A stretch of DNA of 64,000 nucleotides from a bacterium (lineage in GTDB: Bacteria > UBA8248): assembly GCA_965261085.1 (NCBI GenBank), contig OZ253442.1, positions 2,144,001 through 2,208,000 of the forward strand, given 5' to 3'. Position numbers and translations under genes: made by a program. A model generated the notes under the pieces. It had not been told where the DNA came from. It ran no database searches and was given only the letters and a program-made list of their open reading frames with translations. This document shows positions 17,614 to 30,793 of this stretch, one piece after another; the stretch's first letter is position 1, and every line of letters begins with the position of its first letter.

Positions 17614-19023
17614 CTACTTAATTTGAAGAGCAGCAAAGAGGTTGGTTTCTTTTCTCTTCAAGAGGAGGAGTACGGAGCCATCAAGATGGGATTTGTCTAT
17701 GATCGCCTGAAATTCTTCTATTGTTTTTACAGGTATGTGGTTAACCTCCTCGATTTCATCGCCGGGCCTGATTCCACTAAGCTCAGCAATGCCCCCTCTG
17801 AGAATCGAGGAGACCACCAATGTCTTCTCCTCATAAGGCAACTCGAAGCGCTGGGCTAGATGCGGGGTAAGCACCTCTACCTTCATTCCCATGTAAGTAT
17901 GGTTCGTCATCATTCGCGAATGGGGCGCTTCAGGCCGTCTTCCTATACGTAAATAGACACTCTCAAGGCGCTTTTCTCGGTAATACTTTACCAACACAAG
18001 GGAATTTGGCTTTGTGCGGGCCACTATGCGGGGAAGGCTCTGCCATGTGCTGACAGATTTGCCGTTGAATTCAACTACGACGTCTCCTCGACGCAAGCCG
18101 GCACGATGGGCAGGGCCGCCGCGAGTAACTTGTGTGAGCTTGGCGCCCTCGAACCGAGAAAGGCCCAGGCTCTTTCCCTCTTGCCGGGGGACTGCCGATA
18201 TAGCCGCACCCAAGCGGCCTCGCACCGGATAGCCTTTGTGGCGAAGGGAATCGATAACGGCTTTGGCTTGATTAATCGGAATGGCGAAACCAATGCCTAA
18301 ACTCCAGGCGCGCGACCCGCTGGAAAATATCGCTGTGTTGACACCGATTACAACGCCTTTCGTATTTGCAAGTGGCCCACCGGAGTTGCCAGGATTGATC
18401 GATGCGTCGGTTTGGAGATATTCATCAAAAGGACCTTCTTTCAAATCCCGAGCCTTGGCGCTGATTATTCCCACAGATACGGAATTTGCCAAGCCAAATG
18501 GACTGCCAATTGCTATAACCCATTGCCCGACATCTACTTCATCGGAATCTCCTAGAGATGCTTCCTGGAGTTTTTGAGTCGGTTTTATTTTTAGTAATGC
18601 AAGATCTGTTTTATCGTCCACGCCAAGCAAACGGGCTGATAATTCCTCTCCTTCATGGAGTTTGACCATAATTTCTTGTGCGTTTTTAATAACGTGGTGA
18701 TTAGTTAAGATATGACCTTCTTGTGAGACAATGATTCCAGAGCCCACGTTGTAGTGGCCGCTAAAGGGCACGTTGCCCTGATCAAATTTTGGAGGATTGT
18801 CTTTTTGGCGACCTCTACCGAAGAGGTTAAGCAGTGGATTGCCCTCGGTGCCTTTTGGTTTTACACGAATATGTACAACCGAAGGTTGTAACTTTTTGGC
18901 TGCATTGATGATGAGGCGACTACCAAATGGATGAGATGTCGCCGCCGACATGGGTGAAGCGCCTATTAACCAGAAGGGCAATAAGCAGATGTAGATAGAA
19001 ATATGTAGACTGCGGCAGCGCAT
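17614..19023 (-). CDS. degP: DegP/DegQ (HtrA) serine protease with two PDZ domains
   Basis: Signal peptide, GSG.I, LTNHHV, DLALL and QTDASINPGNSGGPL. Confidence 0.92.
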   Translation of the reverse strand: MRCRSLHISIYICLLPFWLIGASPMSAATSHPFGSRLIINAAKKLQPSVVHIRVKPKGTEGNPLLNLFGRGRQKDNPPKFDQGNVPFSGHYNVGSGIIVSQEGHILTNHHVIKNAQEIMVKLHEGEELSARLLGVDDKTDLALLKIKPTQKLQEASLGDSDEVDVGQWVIAIGSPFGLANSVSVGIISAKARDLKEGPFDEYLQTDASINPGNSGGPLANTKGVVIGVNTAIFSSGSRAWSLGIGFAIPINQAKAVIDSLRHKGYPVRGRLGAAISAVPRQEGKSLGLSRFEGAKLTQVTRGGPAHRAGLRRGDVVVEFNGKSVSTWQSLPRIVARTKPNSLVLVKYYREKRLESVYLRIGRRPEAPHSRMMTNHTYMGMKVEVLTPHLAQRFELPYEEKTLVVSSILRGGIAELSGIRPGDEIEEVNHIPVKTIEEFQAIIDKSHLDGSVLLLLKRKETNLFAALQIK

Positions 19024-19308
19024 GGTTTAGTGTACCCTAATCGTTGGGCCTGAACTACGCATAAACGGCTGAAACACCGCACTTTGCATATGTTAGCATC
19101 GTGTATTTCCGGGAGCAATCAATTTGACCAAGGTTGGACAAGTTTGATATAGCGTGATCGCTCGATCACCTGTGAATTTAGCAGGCTTATCTATTGTGGT
19201 TTTTTCTTAGACGCTCGGGAATCGAAGAACACCTATGAGATTTTCAACTAGACTCACGCGGTTCCGGCAGTCGCGCCATTCGCTTTCCCAGAGAGATTTC
19301 TTCTAGCC

Positions 19309-21111
19309 GTGAACATCGGTCGAATCAGAAACTTTTCAATCATCGCGCATATAGACCATGGGAAGTCCACCCTGGCAGATCGCATTTTGGAAAAGACCGG
19401 GGCGCTTTCAAAGCGTGAAATGACTTCCCAGGTCTTGGATTCCATGGCCTTGGAGCAGGAGCGGGGCATCACCATCAAGGCGGCGACGGTTCGTATACAG
19501 TATAAATCACTCCAGGGCGAAGAATATATCTTTAACCTCATAGATACGCCCGGTCATGTGGATTTCAGCTATGAAGTTTCAAGAAGCCTCCAGGCTTGCG
19601 AGGGTGCTTTGCTACTGGTAGACGCGACCCAAGGTATCCAGGCCCAAACGATGGCGAATGCATACCTTGCTTTAGAGCAGGATTTAGCCATTATCCCAGT
19701 GATCAATAAAATCGATCTGCCAGCGGCGGATCCTGAGCGCGTGATGAAGCAAGTGGAGGACATAATCGGAATTGATGGAGATGAATGCCTGCTGGTAAGC
19801 GCGAAACAAGGCGAAGGAGTGGATTCGCTACTTGAAGCAATCGTTGAGCGAGTTCCACCTCCAAACGGAGATCCCGAGGGTTCTGCACAAGGGTTCGTGA
19901 TAGATTCTTGGTATGATTCCTACCAGGGAGCCATTTCGTTATTTCGCATGTTTGAAGGAACCATTCGCAAGGGTGATATCGTCCGCTTTATGTCGACTGG
20001 TCAGGAATATCAAGTTCTGAGTTTAAGCACTTTTACGCCTCATGAAGTGAAAATAAAAGAACTTGGGCCGGGCGAAGTGGGAATTTTATCTGCTTCGATA
20101 CGAGAGGTGAGCGATACTCGAGTGGGTGACACTATTACGCTTGCCAAAGACCCTGCACGTGAGGCCATCCAAGGCTTCCAGGAGCCGAAAGCGATGGTGT
20201 TTAGCGGTTTGTATGCGGTGGATAGTGCCGAGTATGAAGATTTGAGGACGGCGCTAGAGAAACTCAGGCTGAACGATTCGGCCTTTACCTATGAGCCCGA
20301 GACGTCGGTTGCTTTGGGGTTCGGTTTTAGATGTGGGTTCTTGGGTCTTCTTCACATGGAAATCATTCGCGAGAGACTGGAGCGTGAATATGATCTGACA
20401 CTCATCATCACAGCCCCGACAGTGATTTTTCGCGTTCTGCTCAGTGATTCTACAGTGGAAGAAATCGATAGCCCAGCGAAATTGCCCGAACTCTCGAGGA
20501 TTGAGACGATCGAGGAACCGTTCATTTTGGGCACAATTCTTGTGCCCTCGGAATATGTTGGCGCCGTTCTCAAATTAGCACAGGAGAAGCGTGGCATTCA
20601 GCGCTCTATGGAATATATCGATACGACAACAGTGCAAATCGCCTACGAACTACCATTTAGTGAGATTCTCTTTGATTTTTACGACAAATTAAAATCCGTT
20701 TCTCGTGGGTATGCGAGTTTCGACTATGAGCACCTGGATTTTCGCTCAGCGGAGGTCGTAAAGCTGGATGTCCTGCTCAACGGCCAGCCGATAGACCCAT
20801 TTTCGACGATCATTCACAAAGAGAAAGCCTACTATCATGGCCGGGCACTGGTGCAGAAGATGAAAGAAATCATCCCGAGACAAATGTTTGAGGTCATCAT
20901 ACAGGCCGCGGTTGGAAACCGGGTAATTGCGCGGGAGACGATTCGAGCGTTGAGAAAAGATGTGACTGCGAAATGCTATGGTGGTGATATCACGCGGAAA
21001 CGAAAGTTGTTGGAAAAACAGCGAGAAGGAAAGAAGCGCATGAAGAATATCGGAACTGTAGAAGTGCCTCAAGAAGCATTTATGGCTGTTTTGGATGTGG
21101 GCAAGGAGTAA
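19309..21111 (+). CDS. lepA: Elongation factor 4
   Basis: [38 protein letters not shown] and [14 protein letters not shown]. Confidence 0.98.
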   Translation: MNIGRIRNFSIIAHIDHGKSTLADRILEKTGALSKREMTSQVLDSMALEQERGITIKAATVRIQYKSLQGEEYIFNLIDTPGHVDFSYEVSRSLQACEGALLLVDATQGIQAQTMANAYLALEQDLAIIPVINKIDLPAADPERVMKQVEDIIGIDGDECLLVSAKQGEGVDSLLEAIVERVPPPNGDPEGSAQGFVIDSWYDSYQGAISLFRMFEGTIRKGDIVRFMSTGQEYQVLSLSTFTPHEVKIKELGPGEVGILSASIREVSDTRVGDTITLAKDPAREAIQGFQEPKAMVFSGLYAVDSAEYEDLRTALEKLRLNDSAFTYEPETSVALGFGFRCGFLGLLHMEIIRERLEREYDLTLIITAPTVIFRVLLSDSTVEEIDSPAKLPELSRIETIEEPFILGTILVPSEYVGAVLKLAQEKRGIQRSMEYIDTTTVQIAYELPFSEILFDFYDKLKSVSRGYASFDYEHLDFRSAEVVKLDVLLNGQPIDPFSTIIHKEKAYYHGRALVQKMKEIIPRQMFEVIIQAAVGNRVIARETIRALRKDVTAKCYGGDITRKRKLLEKQREGKKRMKNIGTVEVPQEAFMAVLDVGKE

Positions 21112-21114
21112 AAC

Positions 21115-21843
21115 GTGTCGGATGCCAGTCTGGTTACACGCAAGAGCGCGAAGCGAAAGCGCAAATCCAAATCAACTTTTCGCGAATATGCTGAGGCGAT
21201 CATCATCGCTTTGTTATTGGCTATGTTTGTGCGCACCTTTGTGGTGCAAGCATTTAAGATACCCTCGGGTTCGATGGAAAATACTCTTCTTGTTGGCGAC
21301 CATATACTCGTCAATAAATTCATCTTTTGGTTCCGCAAGCCTGAGCGCGGGGATATTATTGTATTCAGGTTTCCTAAGGATGAACGACGAGATTTTATTA
21401 AGCGCGTCATTGCTTTACCGGGTGAGGAGGTGATGGTTCGCGGAGAAAAAGTGTTTATCAACTGCGCTTCGCCGAATACACCGGAAAAATGTGTGGCGTT
21501 GGATGAGAAATATGTGCGTTTTAAGCCAATTGGCGCCGCTGTAGGCTTTGAGAGTAAATGGGGGCCACAGAAAGTCCCGCCGGGACATCTATTCATGCTG
21601 GGGGATAACCGAAACAATAGCCAAGACAGCCGTTTTTGGGGTTTTTTGAAAATAGGTGAGCGCGTGAATCATATACCTGTCCGTTTTGCGGGTTATGCTT
21701 TTAGATTGCCTTTTCCTTGTTCTTTATGGTCTGCGCCGTGTTGGGACGATAAACTCCGTGGCTCCGCTTTCATGATTTATTGGTCTTGGAACGGCGATTC
21801 GGGTTCACCGCGCTGGGGCAGGCTGGCCAACTTTATTAGTTGA
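21115..21843 (+). CDS. lepB: Signal peptidase I
   Basis: IPSGSMENTL.VGD, FIKRVI and GDNRNNSQDSR; follows lepA. Confidence 0.95.
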   Translation: MSDASLVTRKSAKRKRKSKSTFREYAEAIIIALLLAMFVRTFVVQAFKIPSGSMENTLLVGDHILVNKFIFWFRKPERGDIIVFRFPKDERRDFIKRVIALPGEEVMVRGEKVFINCASPNTPEKCVALDEKYVRFKPIGAAVGFESKWGPQKVPPGHLFMLGDNRNNSQDSRFWGFLKIGERVNHIPVRFAGYAFRLPFPCSLWSAPCWDDKLRGSAFMIYWSWNGDSGSPRWGRLANFIS

Positions 21844-21912
21844 TTTTTGTTTTTGTTGGGGTTTCGTCTGTCTTGGCAAAAATAGACTCAAAGAATAAAA
21901 AGACTCAACCCC

Positions 21913-22797
21913 TCATATTGTTTCCCATGGAACACAGCGCGTGTGAGAACCTATGGGGTGCCAAACCCGCATGTTGGAATAAGGGCCATAAAGTATCGTG
22001 GCGTCCGGCGCATAAAGAGACGCGAGATGAGAAACGCCGGAATCCCCTCCAAAATACGCGGAAGATTTTGATAAAATAGCGCTTAGAACTTTGGGTGGAA
22101 TATCGTTGATATTGGTGATGGAATCGTCCCAAAGCCTTTGAAATTCCTCGCTAGCCACTGAATCTGCTGGCCCTTCTATCACGACGGGCCACTGGCCTGT
22201 TTCATCAGCATGCCTTCGCGCCATAGTGGCGAGAATCTGAGGAGGAATCCATTTGCCCTTTCCCCCTCCACCCGGATGGATGATGAAGAACTTATCCTCT
22301 ATGCCACATTTATTCAATACTTTATTTGCTAAAATTAAATTATCATGTGAAGGCTGCAGAGTGATTTTCTCGCTCTCGGGAACACCCAAAGATGACCAAG
22401 GATGCATCATCCACTCGCAGATATGAATTTCTGCTGAGACAGGAGGAAAAGGCGGGTGGATCTGATATTTATTCAACCCATTTGAATTCAGCCGTTTAGC
22501 GAGTTCTCCTGAATCATCCGAAGTGTAAAACATGCACGTATCGTAGGGCTCGATGAGTTGAAATAACGCGTCATTTTCCTGTGGTTGGTCGTGATACAGG
22601 AGGTGAAAAGGGGCTGCTCCCCCATCGAGAATTTCGTGAATCAACCCCGAGTCGAGTAGTGGGGCTGCATAATGGGGGTTTGCTGCCAGGGAGATGTGAG
22701 CGTTTTCATAATGGGCACGTAAATGTTTGAATAATAAAACCAATAGCAGGGTGTCCCCGAATGCTCCCATTCGGTAAATCAAGATTCTGGTTGCCAA
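21913..22797 (-). CDS. Glycosyltransferase family 9 (heptosyltransferase-like)
   Basis: R.GAFGD.L, IHPGGG..KW, GGDSGVSHLA and LYGP. Confidence 0.85.
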   Translation of the reverse strand: MATRILIYRMGAFGDTLLLVLLFKHLRAHYENAHISLAANPHYAAPLLDSGLIHEILDGGAAPFHLLYHDQPQENDALFQLIEPYDTCMFYTSDDSGELAKRLNSNGLNKYQIHPPFPPVSAEIHICEWMMHPWSSLGVPESEKITLQPSHDNLILANKVLNKCGIEDKFFIIHPGGGGKGKWIPPQILATMARRHADETGQWPVVIEGPADSVASEEFQRLWDDSITNINDIPPKVLSAILSKSSAYFGGDSGVSHLASLYAPDATILYGPYSNMRVWHPIGSHTRCVPWETI

Positions 22798-22800
22798 TGT

Positions 22801-23634
22801 CTACACACCACCCATGAGTGATTCCATGGCTCGGGTAATTCTCGCGAATTCGTAAGCGTCCAGGGTTTCCGCGCGCCGGTCGGGGTCGATGTCTGCTCTT
22901 TCAAGAAGGTTTCGCAAAGCCTCCGGGTTTGAGAAGAGTTTTTTCGTATCATTTAACTCATATAGATTCAATGATTTGAGATTGTTGAACAGGGTTTTCC
23001 TGCGGTGCGCGAAACCTGCCTGGATGATCCGGAAATAGAGTTTCTCATCTCCTACATCTACCCGGGGCTTCTCTCTCGCCTCTAGTCGTATGATCGCGGA
23101 GTCGACTTTTGGTGGTGGCCGAAAAGCGCCTGGGGGCACCACTAGGCATAGCTTCGCCTTATAGCGATGCCCTACCCAGAGAGTGAGTGAACCATAGTCC
23201 TTCCCGCCTGGTGCAGCGCAAAGCCTCTCACCCACTTCACGTTGCACCATCAATACCATGAGAGGAAATCGTTCAATCTTTTCAGTGAGTTGTGAGATTA
23301 TGGCCGAAGCGACCTGGTAGGGCAAATTCGCCACCAGTTTCATCTTTTTGGGGAGGGTGGCGTAGTCGATTTCGAGCGCGTCGCCGTGAATCAGATGAAA
23401 TCTCTCGTGCTCATCCTCCATCTTCTTGAGCGCGGGTATGAGCGCCTCGTCTATCTCGATGCCGTGGACGATGGCGCCGGCATCGAGGAGGTGCCGCGTG
23501 AGGGCGCCTTCGCCCACGCCGATTTCAAGTACATCTTCTCCGGTCGTAATTCCTGCTAAATCAATGATATGAGAGAGATACCTCTTCTCGTGAAGGAAGT
23601 GTTGACCGAGTTTTTGTCTGGTGCGATGCGCCAT
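22801..23634 (-). CDS. rsmA: 16S rRNA m6(2)A dimethyltransferase
   Basis: LGQHFL, VLEIG.G.G.LT, ANLPY, MVQREV, F.PPPKVDS and RRKTL.N. Confidence 0.96.
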   Translation of the reverse strand: MAHRTRQKLGQHFLHEKRYLSHIIDLAGITTGEDVLEIGVGEGALTRHLLDAGAIVHGIEIDEALIPALKKMEDEHERFHLIHGDALEIDYATLPKKMKLVANLPYQVASAIISQLTEKIERFPLMVLMVQREVGERLCAAPGGKDYGSLTLWVGHRYKAKLCLVVPPGAFRPPPKVDSAIIRLEAREKPRVDVGDEKLYFRIIQAGFAHRRKTLFNNLKSLNLYELNDTKKLFSNPEALRNLLERADIDPDRRAETLDAYEFARITRAMESLMGGV

Positions 23635-23722
23635 GGGAAACCGGGTGTCGGGGGAGGATAACTACTTGACTTTGGATGAGTTTTATGAGAATGTTCTTGG
23701 TGTAGCGCGCCTCAGTAATCCC

Positions 23723-23770
23723 TCAGAAATTTATCGAAAAACATCGTGAATTTATCGTATTTTATCGAAT
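23723..23770 (+). promoter_or_regulatory. 48-bp motif with phased TTTATC boxes, copy 2 (rsmA/icd divergent spacer)
   Basis: TCAGAAATTTATCGAAAAACATCGTGAATTTATCGTATTTTATCGAAT; 43/48 identical to the reverse complement of 11145-11192. Confidence 0.6.
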
Positions 23771-24085
23771 TGTTCACGTTTACCGACAAGCGTCGCGACA
23801 CCTGAAAATCAACTCCACCCTATCAGAATCCACATCGGAGTTCCAGCCGAATTTCCAGACCTCGGGGAGATGAAAAATCTTCTCCTCCCGGCTGGCGTAG
23901 GAGCGGGGGACGTGATATGGAGAGGGCGGTAAAGTTCGTTTGAATGCGCCATGAACATTTTACCCCAACAATTATTTCCGGGGGCCGTTCGGCGAATTTC
24001 ATGTGAGAACGGAACCTTTATTCCGTTTTGCCCGCATTTTCGGCGACGTATTTTGTCGCGTGACGAAACTTAAGGGGAGCATTGA

Positions 24086-26286
<2,201 letters not shown>

Positions 26287-26328
26287 GCGCGCTGCTGCAC
26301 CGAAGAATAGTTGAGGGATGGACGTGCG

Positions 26329-27171
26329 ATGCGAACGATAGACGCAGGCGAGGTGACGGCCAGGATTCGCGAAATGTCCATCGAGTCGAACTACCATGTC
26401 GACCCCGCCTACGTGCGGAAGATCGAAGAGGCGAAAGCCGGTGAAACCTCCTCTCTCGGCCTCATGGTGCTCGACCAGATCACCGAGAATGCGGCGCTGG
26501 CGTCCGCCGAGCGCGTGCCCTATTGCCAGGACACGGGCGTTTCCATCGTCTTCGCCGAGGTGGGCCAGGACGTCCACGTAGAGGGCGGGCTTCTGGAGGA
26601 CGCCATCAACGAGGGGGTTCGCCAGGGCTATCGGGACGGCTATCTGCGCGGCTCGGTTGTCAACGACCCGCTCCGCCGCGTGAACACCAAGGACAACACG
26701 CCCGCCGTTATCCACTACCGCGTCGTCGAAGGCGACAGGCTGAAACTTTATTTCGCCGCGAAGGGAACGGGCGCTGAAAACATGAGCATGGCGCGTATGC
26801 TCAAGCCCTCAGATGGCCGCGAGGGTGTGATTCAGACGATTGTCGACCATGTTTTCAAATCGGGGGGAAACCCATGCCCCCCCATTCTGTTGGGTATTGG
26901 TCTGGGCGGTTCTATTGAAAAGGCGGCGCTTCAGGCGAAATGGGCATTGTTTCGCGAACTGGGCGCGCCCAACACCGATCCCCTCGTCGCCGAACTCGAA
27001 CGCGATATACTCGAGGCGGTGAACAGGACCGGCGTGGGGCCGATGGGCATGGGCGGGGATACCACCTGCATCGCCGTGCACGTCGAAACCTACGCCTGCC
27101 ACATCGGAGCGCTGCCGATTTGCGTGAACGTGGAGTGTCACGCGCACCGCCACGCCGAGGTGGTTCTCTAA
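26329..27171 (+). CDS. Fe-S fumarate hydratase / tartrate dehydratase alpha subunit
   Basis: CQDTG, GYLR.S.V, NT.DNTP, KG.G.EN, GNPCPP and C.AHRH; sits in the TCA operon. Confidence 0.92.
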   Translation: MRTIDAGEVTARIREMSIESNYHVDPAYVRKIEEAKAGETSSLGLMVLDQITENAALASAERVPYCQDTGVSIVFAEVGQDVHVEGGLLEDAINEGVRQGYRDGYLRGSVVNDPLRRVNTKDNTPAVIHYRVVEGDRLKLYFAAKGTGAENMSMARMLKPSDGREGVIQTIVDHVFKSGGNPCPPILLGIGLGGSIEKAALQAKWALFRELGAPNTDPLVAELERDILEAVNRTGVGPMGMGGDTTCIAVHVETYACHIGALPICVNVECHAHRHAEVVL

Positions 27172-27172
27172 A

Positions 27173-27718
27173 ATGCGGACGATTGACCTCCCGCTCGACC
27201 AGAAGGTGGTGGAATCCCTCTCGATGGGCGACATATGCGAGTTGAGCGGCGTCCTCTATACGGCGCGGGATGCGGCCCACAAACGGATGCTCGAAGAGGC
27301 CGCGCGCGGAGAAGCCCTGCCCATCGAAGTGGCGGGCCAGGTGCTCTTCTATGTCGGGCCGACGCCGCCCAAGCCGGGGGCCATCATCGGCTCGGCGGGA
27401 CCCACGACGAGCGGCCGCATGGACGCCTACACGCCCAGGATGCTGGAACTCGGCCTCACCGGAATGATAGGCAAGGGGGGCAGGAGCCCGGCGGTGGTGG
27501 AGGCCATCGCCCGGCATCGCGCCGTCTATTTCGCCGCCATCGGCGGAACGGCCGCCCTGCTGGCGAAACGCGTCAAAGAAGTCGAGTTGATCGCTTACGA
27601 AGATTTGGGGACCGAGGCGATTCGCAGGCTCGTGGTCGAGAAATTTCCGGTCGTGGTCGCCGTGGACAGCCGGGGGCGGGATATTTTCGCGGAAGGTTTC
27701 AAGAAGTTTGCAAAGTGA
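27173..27718 (+). CDS. Fe-S fumarate hydratase beta subunit
   Basis: TARDAAHKR, GPTTSGRMD, IGKG and DLGTEAI. Confidence 0.92.
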   Translation: MRTIDLPLDQKVVESLSMGDICELSGVLYTARDAAHKRMLEEAARGEALPIEVAGQVLFYVGPTPPKPGAIIGSAGPTTSGRMDAYTPRMLELGLTGMIGKGGRSPAVVEAIARHRAVYFAAIGGTAALLAKRVKEVELIAYEDLGTEAIRRLVVEKFPVVVAVDSRGRDIFAEGFKKFAK

Positions 27719-27828
27719 GGCCCGCTCGTGCGTTTCTGTCTTGGTGTTCATGGCGCGATTTTTAGGGAATTATGTATGTGATTTGACGTTGCTATTTCGG
27801 GTTCCGGATGCGAAAGGGAATAATGTAA

Positions 27829-28057
27829 TCACTCCCCCCTTGAGGGGGAGTCGGCAAGGTAAGGGCGAAGCCCGCAACCGCGCCGGTGGGGGGTGAATTC
27901 CGACTGAAGAAGGAGGAATTCTCCTGACCGAAGAGGGGGTGTTGCGAACGAGGAAAACATCGGCCCCAATTCCTCGCTCCTCGCTCAGCATTGTCCCCCC
28001 ACCGCATTAGCCTTCGCAAGGCTCGGCTTCTGCGACTCCCCCTCAAGGGGGGAGTGA
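27829..28057. mobile_element. Non-autonomous palindromic element (MITE/REPIN-like), copy 1
   Basis: Perfect 25-bp terminal inverted repeat TCACTCCCCCCTTGAGGGGGAGTCG, itself a hairpin; related copy at 41044-41287. Confidence 0.75.
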
Positions 28058-28230
28058 GAAAAACCCGAGCAGGGGAGAGTGGTTTTGGAGAAGGAATTAT
28101 GAATTTAACTGGTCGCAGCTTTGTGAATTGACCGGCAAAAAAGGTTTGTCAACCGAAGTATTATGATTCTTTTTTGTGCTTAAAATTTCAGCGTTAGAAT
28201 GTATTCATCGCATTGATTCTGGAGGGTTGG

Positions 28231-29391
28231 ATGAACATCCACGAGTACCAAGGCAAGGAATTGCTCGCGAAATACGGCGTGGCCGTCCCGAGGGGCGGGG
28301 TCGCCGAGACGACGGACGCGGCCGAGCGCATCGCTGCGGATCTGGGCGGCGCGGTGGTCGTCAAGGCGCAGATTCACGCCGGCGGGCGCGGCAAGGGCGG
28401 CGGCGTCAAGCTGGCCGGGACGCCTGCGGAGGCGAAAGAAGCGGCCTCGGAGATTCTCGGCATGACGCTGGTGACGCACCAGACGGGGCCGGAAGGTCGT
28501 CTGGTCAAGAAGGTATGGGTGGAGGAGGCGAGCGACATCGAGCGCGAACTCTATCTCGGCATCGTGCTCGACCGCGCCACGGGCCGCCCCACTATCATGG
28601 CCAGCACCGAGGGCGGTATGGACATCGAGGAGGTGGCCGCGAAAACGCCCGAAAAACTCCTGAAGGTTCCCGTCGACCCGGCGCTGTCCGTTTGGCCCTC
28701 GACCGCGCGGCGCGTCGTTTATGGTCTGGATTTACCCGCCGGCCTCGTTCGCGAGGGGGTCAAATTCGTCACGAATCTCTACCGGTTTTATGACGAAATG
28801 GACGCTTCCCTCCTCGAGATCAACCCCCTGGTGCAGACGAAGGACGGCCGCATCCTCGCGCTCGACGCCAAGGTGAACTTCGACGACAACGCGCTCTACC
28901 GCCACGAGGAGGTGGCCGCGATGCGCGATGAAGACGAGGAGGACCCGCTCGAGGTCGAGGCCTCGAAATTCAACCTCAACTACATCAAGCTCGACGGCTC
29001 GGTCGCCTGCATGGTGAATGGTGCGGGCCTCGCCATGGCGACGATGGACATCATCAAACTCGCCGGGGCGTCCCCCGCGAACTTCCTCGACGTGGGCGGC
29101 GGCGCGAGCAAGGAGATGGTGGAGAACGCCTTTCGCATCCTCATGGACGATCCGGACGTGAAGGCCGTTTTCATCAACATCTTCGGCGGCATTCTGCGCT
29201 GCGACGTTCTCGCCGAAGGCGTCGTGGAGGCCGTCAAGACCGTGAACGTGAACGTGCCCATCATCATCCGCATGGAGGGGACGAACGTGGAGAAGGGCCG
29301 CGAGATCCTCGAAGGCTCGGGTCTCGATTTCACCGTGGGCAATACCATGGCCGATTCCGCCGAGAAGGTGGTCGCGGCCCTTAAGCGCTAG
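28231..29391 (+). CDS. sucC: Succinyl-CoA synthetase beta subunit
   Basis: [40 protein letters not shown] and NIFGGI.RCD. Confidence 0.97.
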   Translation: MNIHEYQGKELLAKYGVAVPRGGVAETTDAAERIAADLGGAVVVKAQIHAGGRGKGGGVKLAGTPAEAKEAASEILGMTLVTHQTGPEGRLVKKVWVEEASDIERELYLGIVLDRATGRPTIMASTEGGMDIEEVAAKTPEKLLKVPVDPALSVWPSTARRVVYGLDLPAGLVREGVKFVTNLYRFYDEMDASLLEINPLVQTKDGRILALDAKVNFDDNALYRHEEVAAMRDEDEEDPLEVEASKFNLNYIKLDGSVACMVNGAGLAMATMDIIKLAGASPANFLDVGGGASKEMVENAFRILMDDPDVKAVFINIFGGILRCDVLAEGVVEAVKTVNVNVPIIIRMEGTNVEKGREILEGSGLDFTVGNTMADSAEKVVAALKR

Positions 29392-29402
29392 GGGGTCTGG
29401 TT

Positions 29403-30299
29403 TTGAGTATTCTGATCGACAAGGAGACGCGCATCCTCGTGCAGGGCATCACCGGGCGCGAGGGAGGCTTTCATGCCGCGCAGTGTCAAAAATACAGCCG
29501 TGAGTTCGCGGGCGGCGGCGGCGCGGTGGTGGCCGGCGTGACGCCCGGCAAGGGCGGGCAGGAGGCGGACGGCGCGCCCGTGTTCAACACGGTCGCCGAA
29601 GCGGTGCAAGAGACGGGCGCAAACGCCTCGCTCATCTTCGTGCCGCCCCCCTTCGCGGCGGACGCCGTCGTGGAGGCCGTGGACGCAGGGTTACCCCTCG
29701 TGGTGTGCATCACCGAGGGCATTCCGGTGCGCGACATGGTGTACGTCAAGCGCCACATGGAAGAGGGCGAAGCCGTGCTCATCGGCCCCAACTGCCCGGG
29801 CGTCATCACGCCCGGCGGCTGCAAGATGGGCATCATGCCGGGCCACATTCACAAGGAAGGCACCATCGGCGTCATCTCGAAGAGCGGCACGCTCACCTAT
29901 GAGGTCGTCGCCCAGCTCACCGAACAGGGTCTGGGCCAGACGACTTGCGTGGGCATCGGCGGCGACCCCGTCATCGGCACGATGTACATCGATCTTCTGC
30001 GCATGTTCGAGGACGACCCGAAGACCGAGGCCATCATCATGATCGGCGAGATCGGCGGCTCCGCCGAGCAGGACGCGGCGCGCTGGGCGAAGGAGAACGT
30101 CACGAAACCGCTCGTGGGCTTCATCGCGGGCCAGACGGCTCCTCCGGGCCGGCGCATGGGCCACGCGGGCGCGATCATCTCCGGCGGGGAGGGCACCGCG
30201 GCCGAGAAGATGCGGGTCATGGACGAATGCGGCATTCACGTCACCGAAAGCCCGGCCGAGATGGGCCTCACCATGGCCAAGGCGCTGGGCAGGGCATAA
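29403..30299 (+). CDS. sucD: Succinyl-CoA synthetase alpha subunit
   Basis: [27 protein letters not shown] and RMGHAGA; TTG start. Confidence 0.97.
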   Translation: MSILIDKETRILVQGITGREGGFHAAQCQKYSREFAGGGGAVVAGVTPGKGGQEADGAPVFNTVAEAVQETGANASLIFVPPPFAADAVVEAVDAGLPLVVCITEGIPVRDMVYVKRHMEEGEAVLIGPNCPGVITPGGCKMGIMPGHIHKEGTIGVISKSGTLTYEVVAQLTEQGLGQTTCVGIGGDPVIGTMYIDLLRMFEDDPKTEAIIMIGEIGGSAEQDAARWAKENVTKPLVGFIAGQTAPPGRRMGHAGAIISGGEGTAAEKMRVMDECGIHVTESPAEMGLTMAKALGRA

Positions 30300-30326
30300 C
30301 GCCACACACGGAAAGGGAAACAGCAC

Positions 30327-30749
30327 ATGGAACGCACGTTCGCGATGATTAAACCCGACGCCACCGAGCGCGGCCTTAGCGGCAGGATTCTCTCGCGCAT
30401 CGAGGAGGAGGGTTTTCAGGTTCTGGGCATGAGGCTCGTCCACATGTCGAAAGCGCAGGCCGAGGGTTTTTACGCCGTTCACAGGGAGCGCCCCTTCTTC
30501 GGCGATCTCACGACGTTCATGTCCTCAGGCCGCACGGTGGTGCTGGCTCTCGAGCGCGAGGACGCCATCAGGCGCTGGCGCGACGTAATGGGCGCCACGA
30601 ACCCCGCGGAGGCTGATTCGGGAACGATTCGCGCGGAATTGGGCGAGAGCATCGAGCGCAACTCCACGCACGGCTCCGACGCGCCCGATACCGCCGCTTT
30701 CGAGTTGGGTTTCTGGTTCCCGGGAGTGGAACTGCCCGCGGCGCAATAA
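30327..30749 (+). CDS. ndk: Nucleoside diphosphate kinase
   Basis: ERTF.MIKPD, FY.VH..RPFF, GATNP and N.THGSD. Confidence 0.97.
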   Translation: MERTFAMIKPDATERGLSGRILSRIEEEGFQVLGMRLVHMSKAQAEGFYAVHRERPFFGDLTTFMSSGRTVVLALEREDAIRRWRDVMGATNPAEADSGTIRAELGESIERNSTHGSDAPDTAAFELGFWFPGVELPAAQ

Positions 30750-30793
30750 TACATTCATCCACTCGGACTCGAATCAACGGGAGAAGCCTGAAA

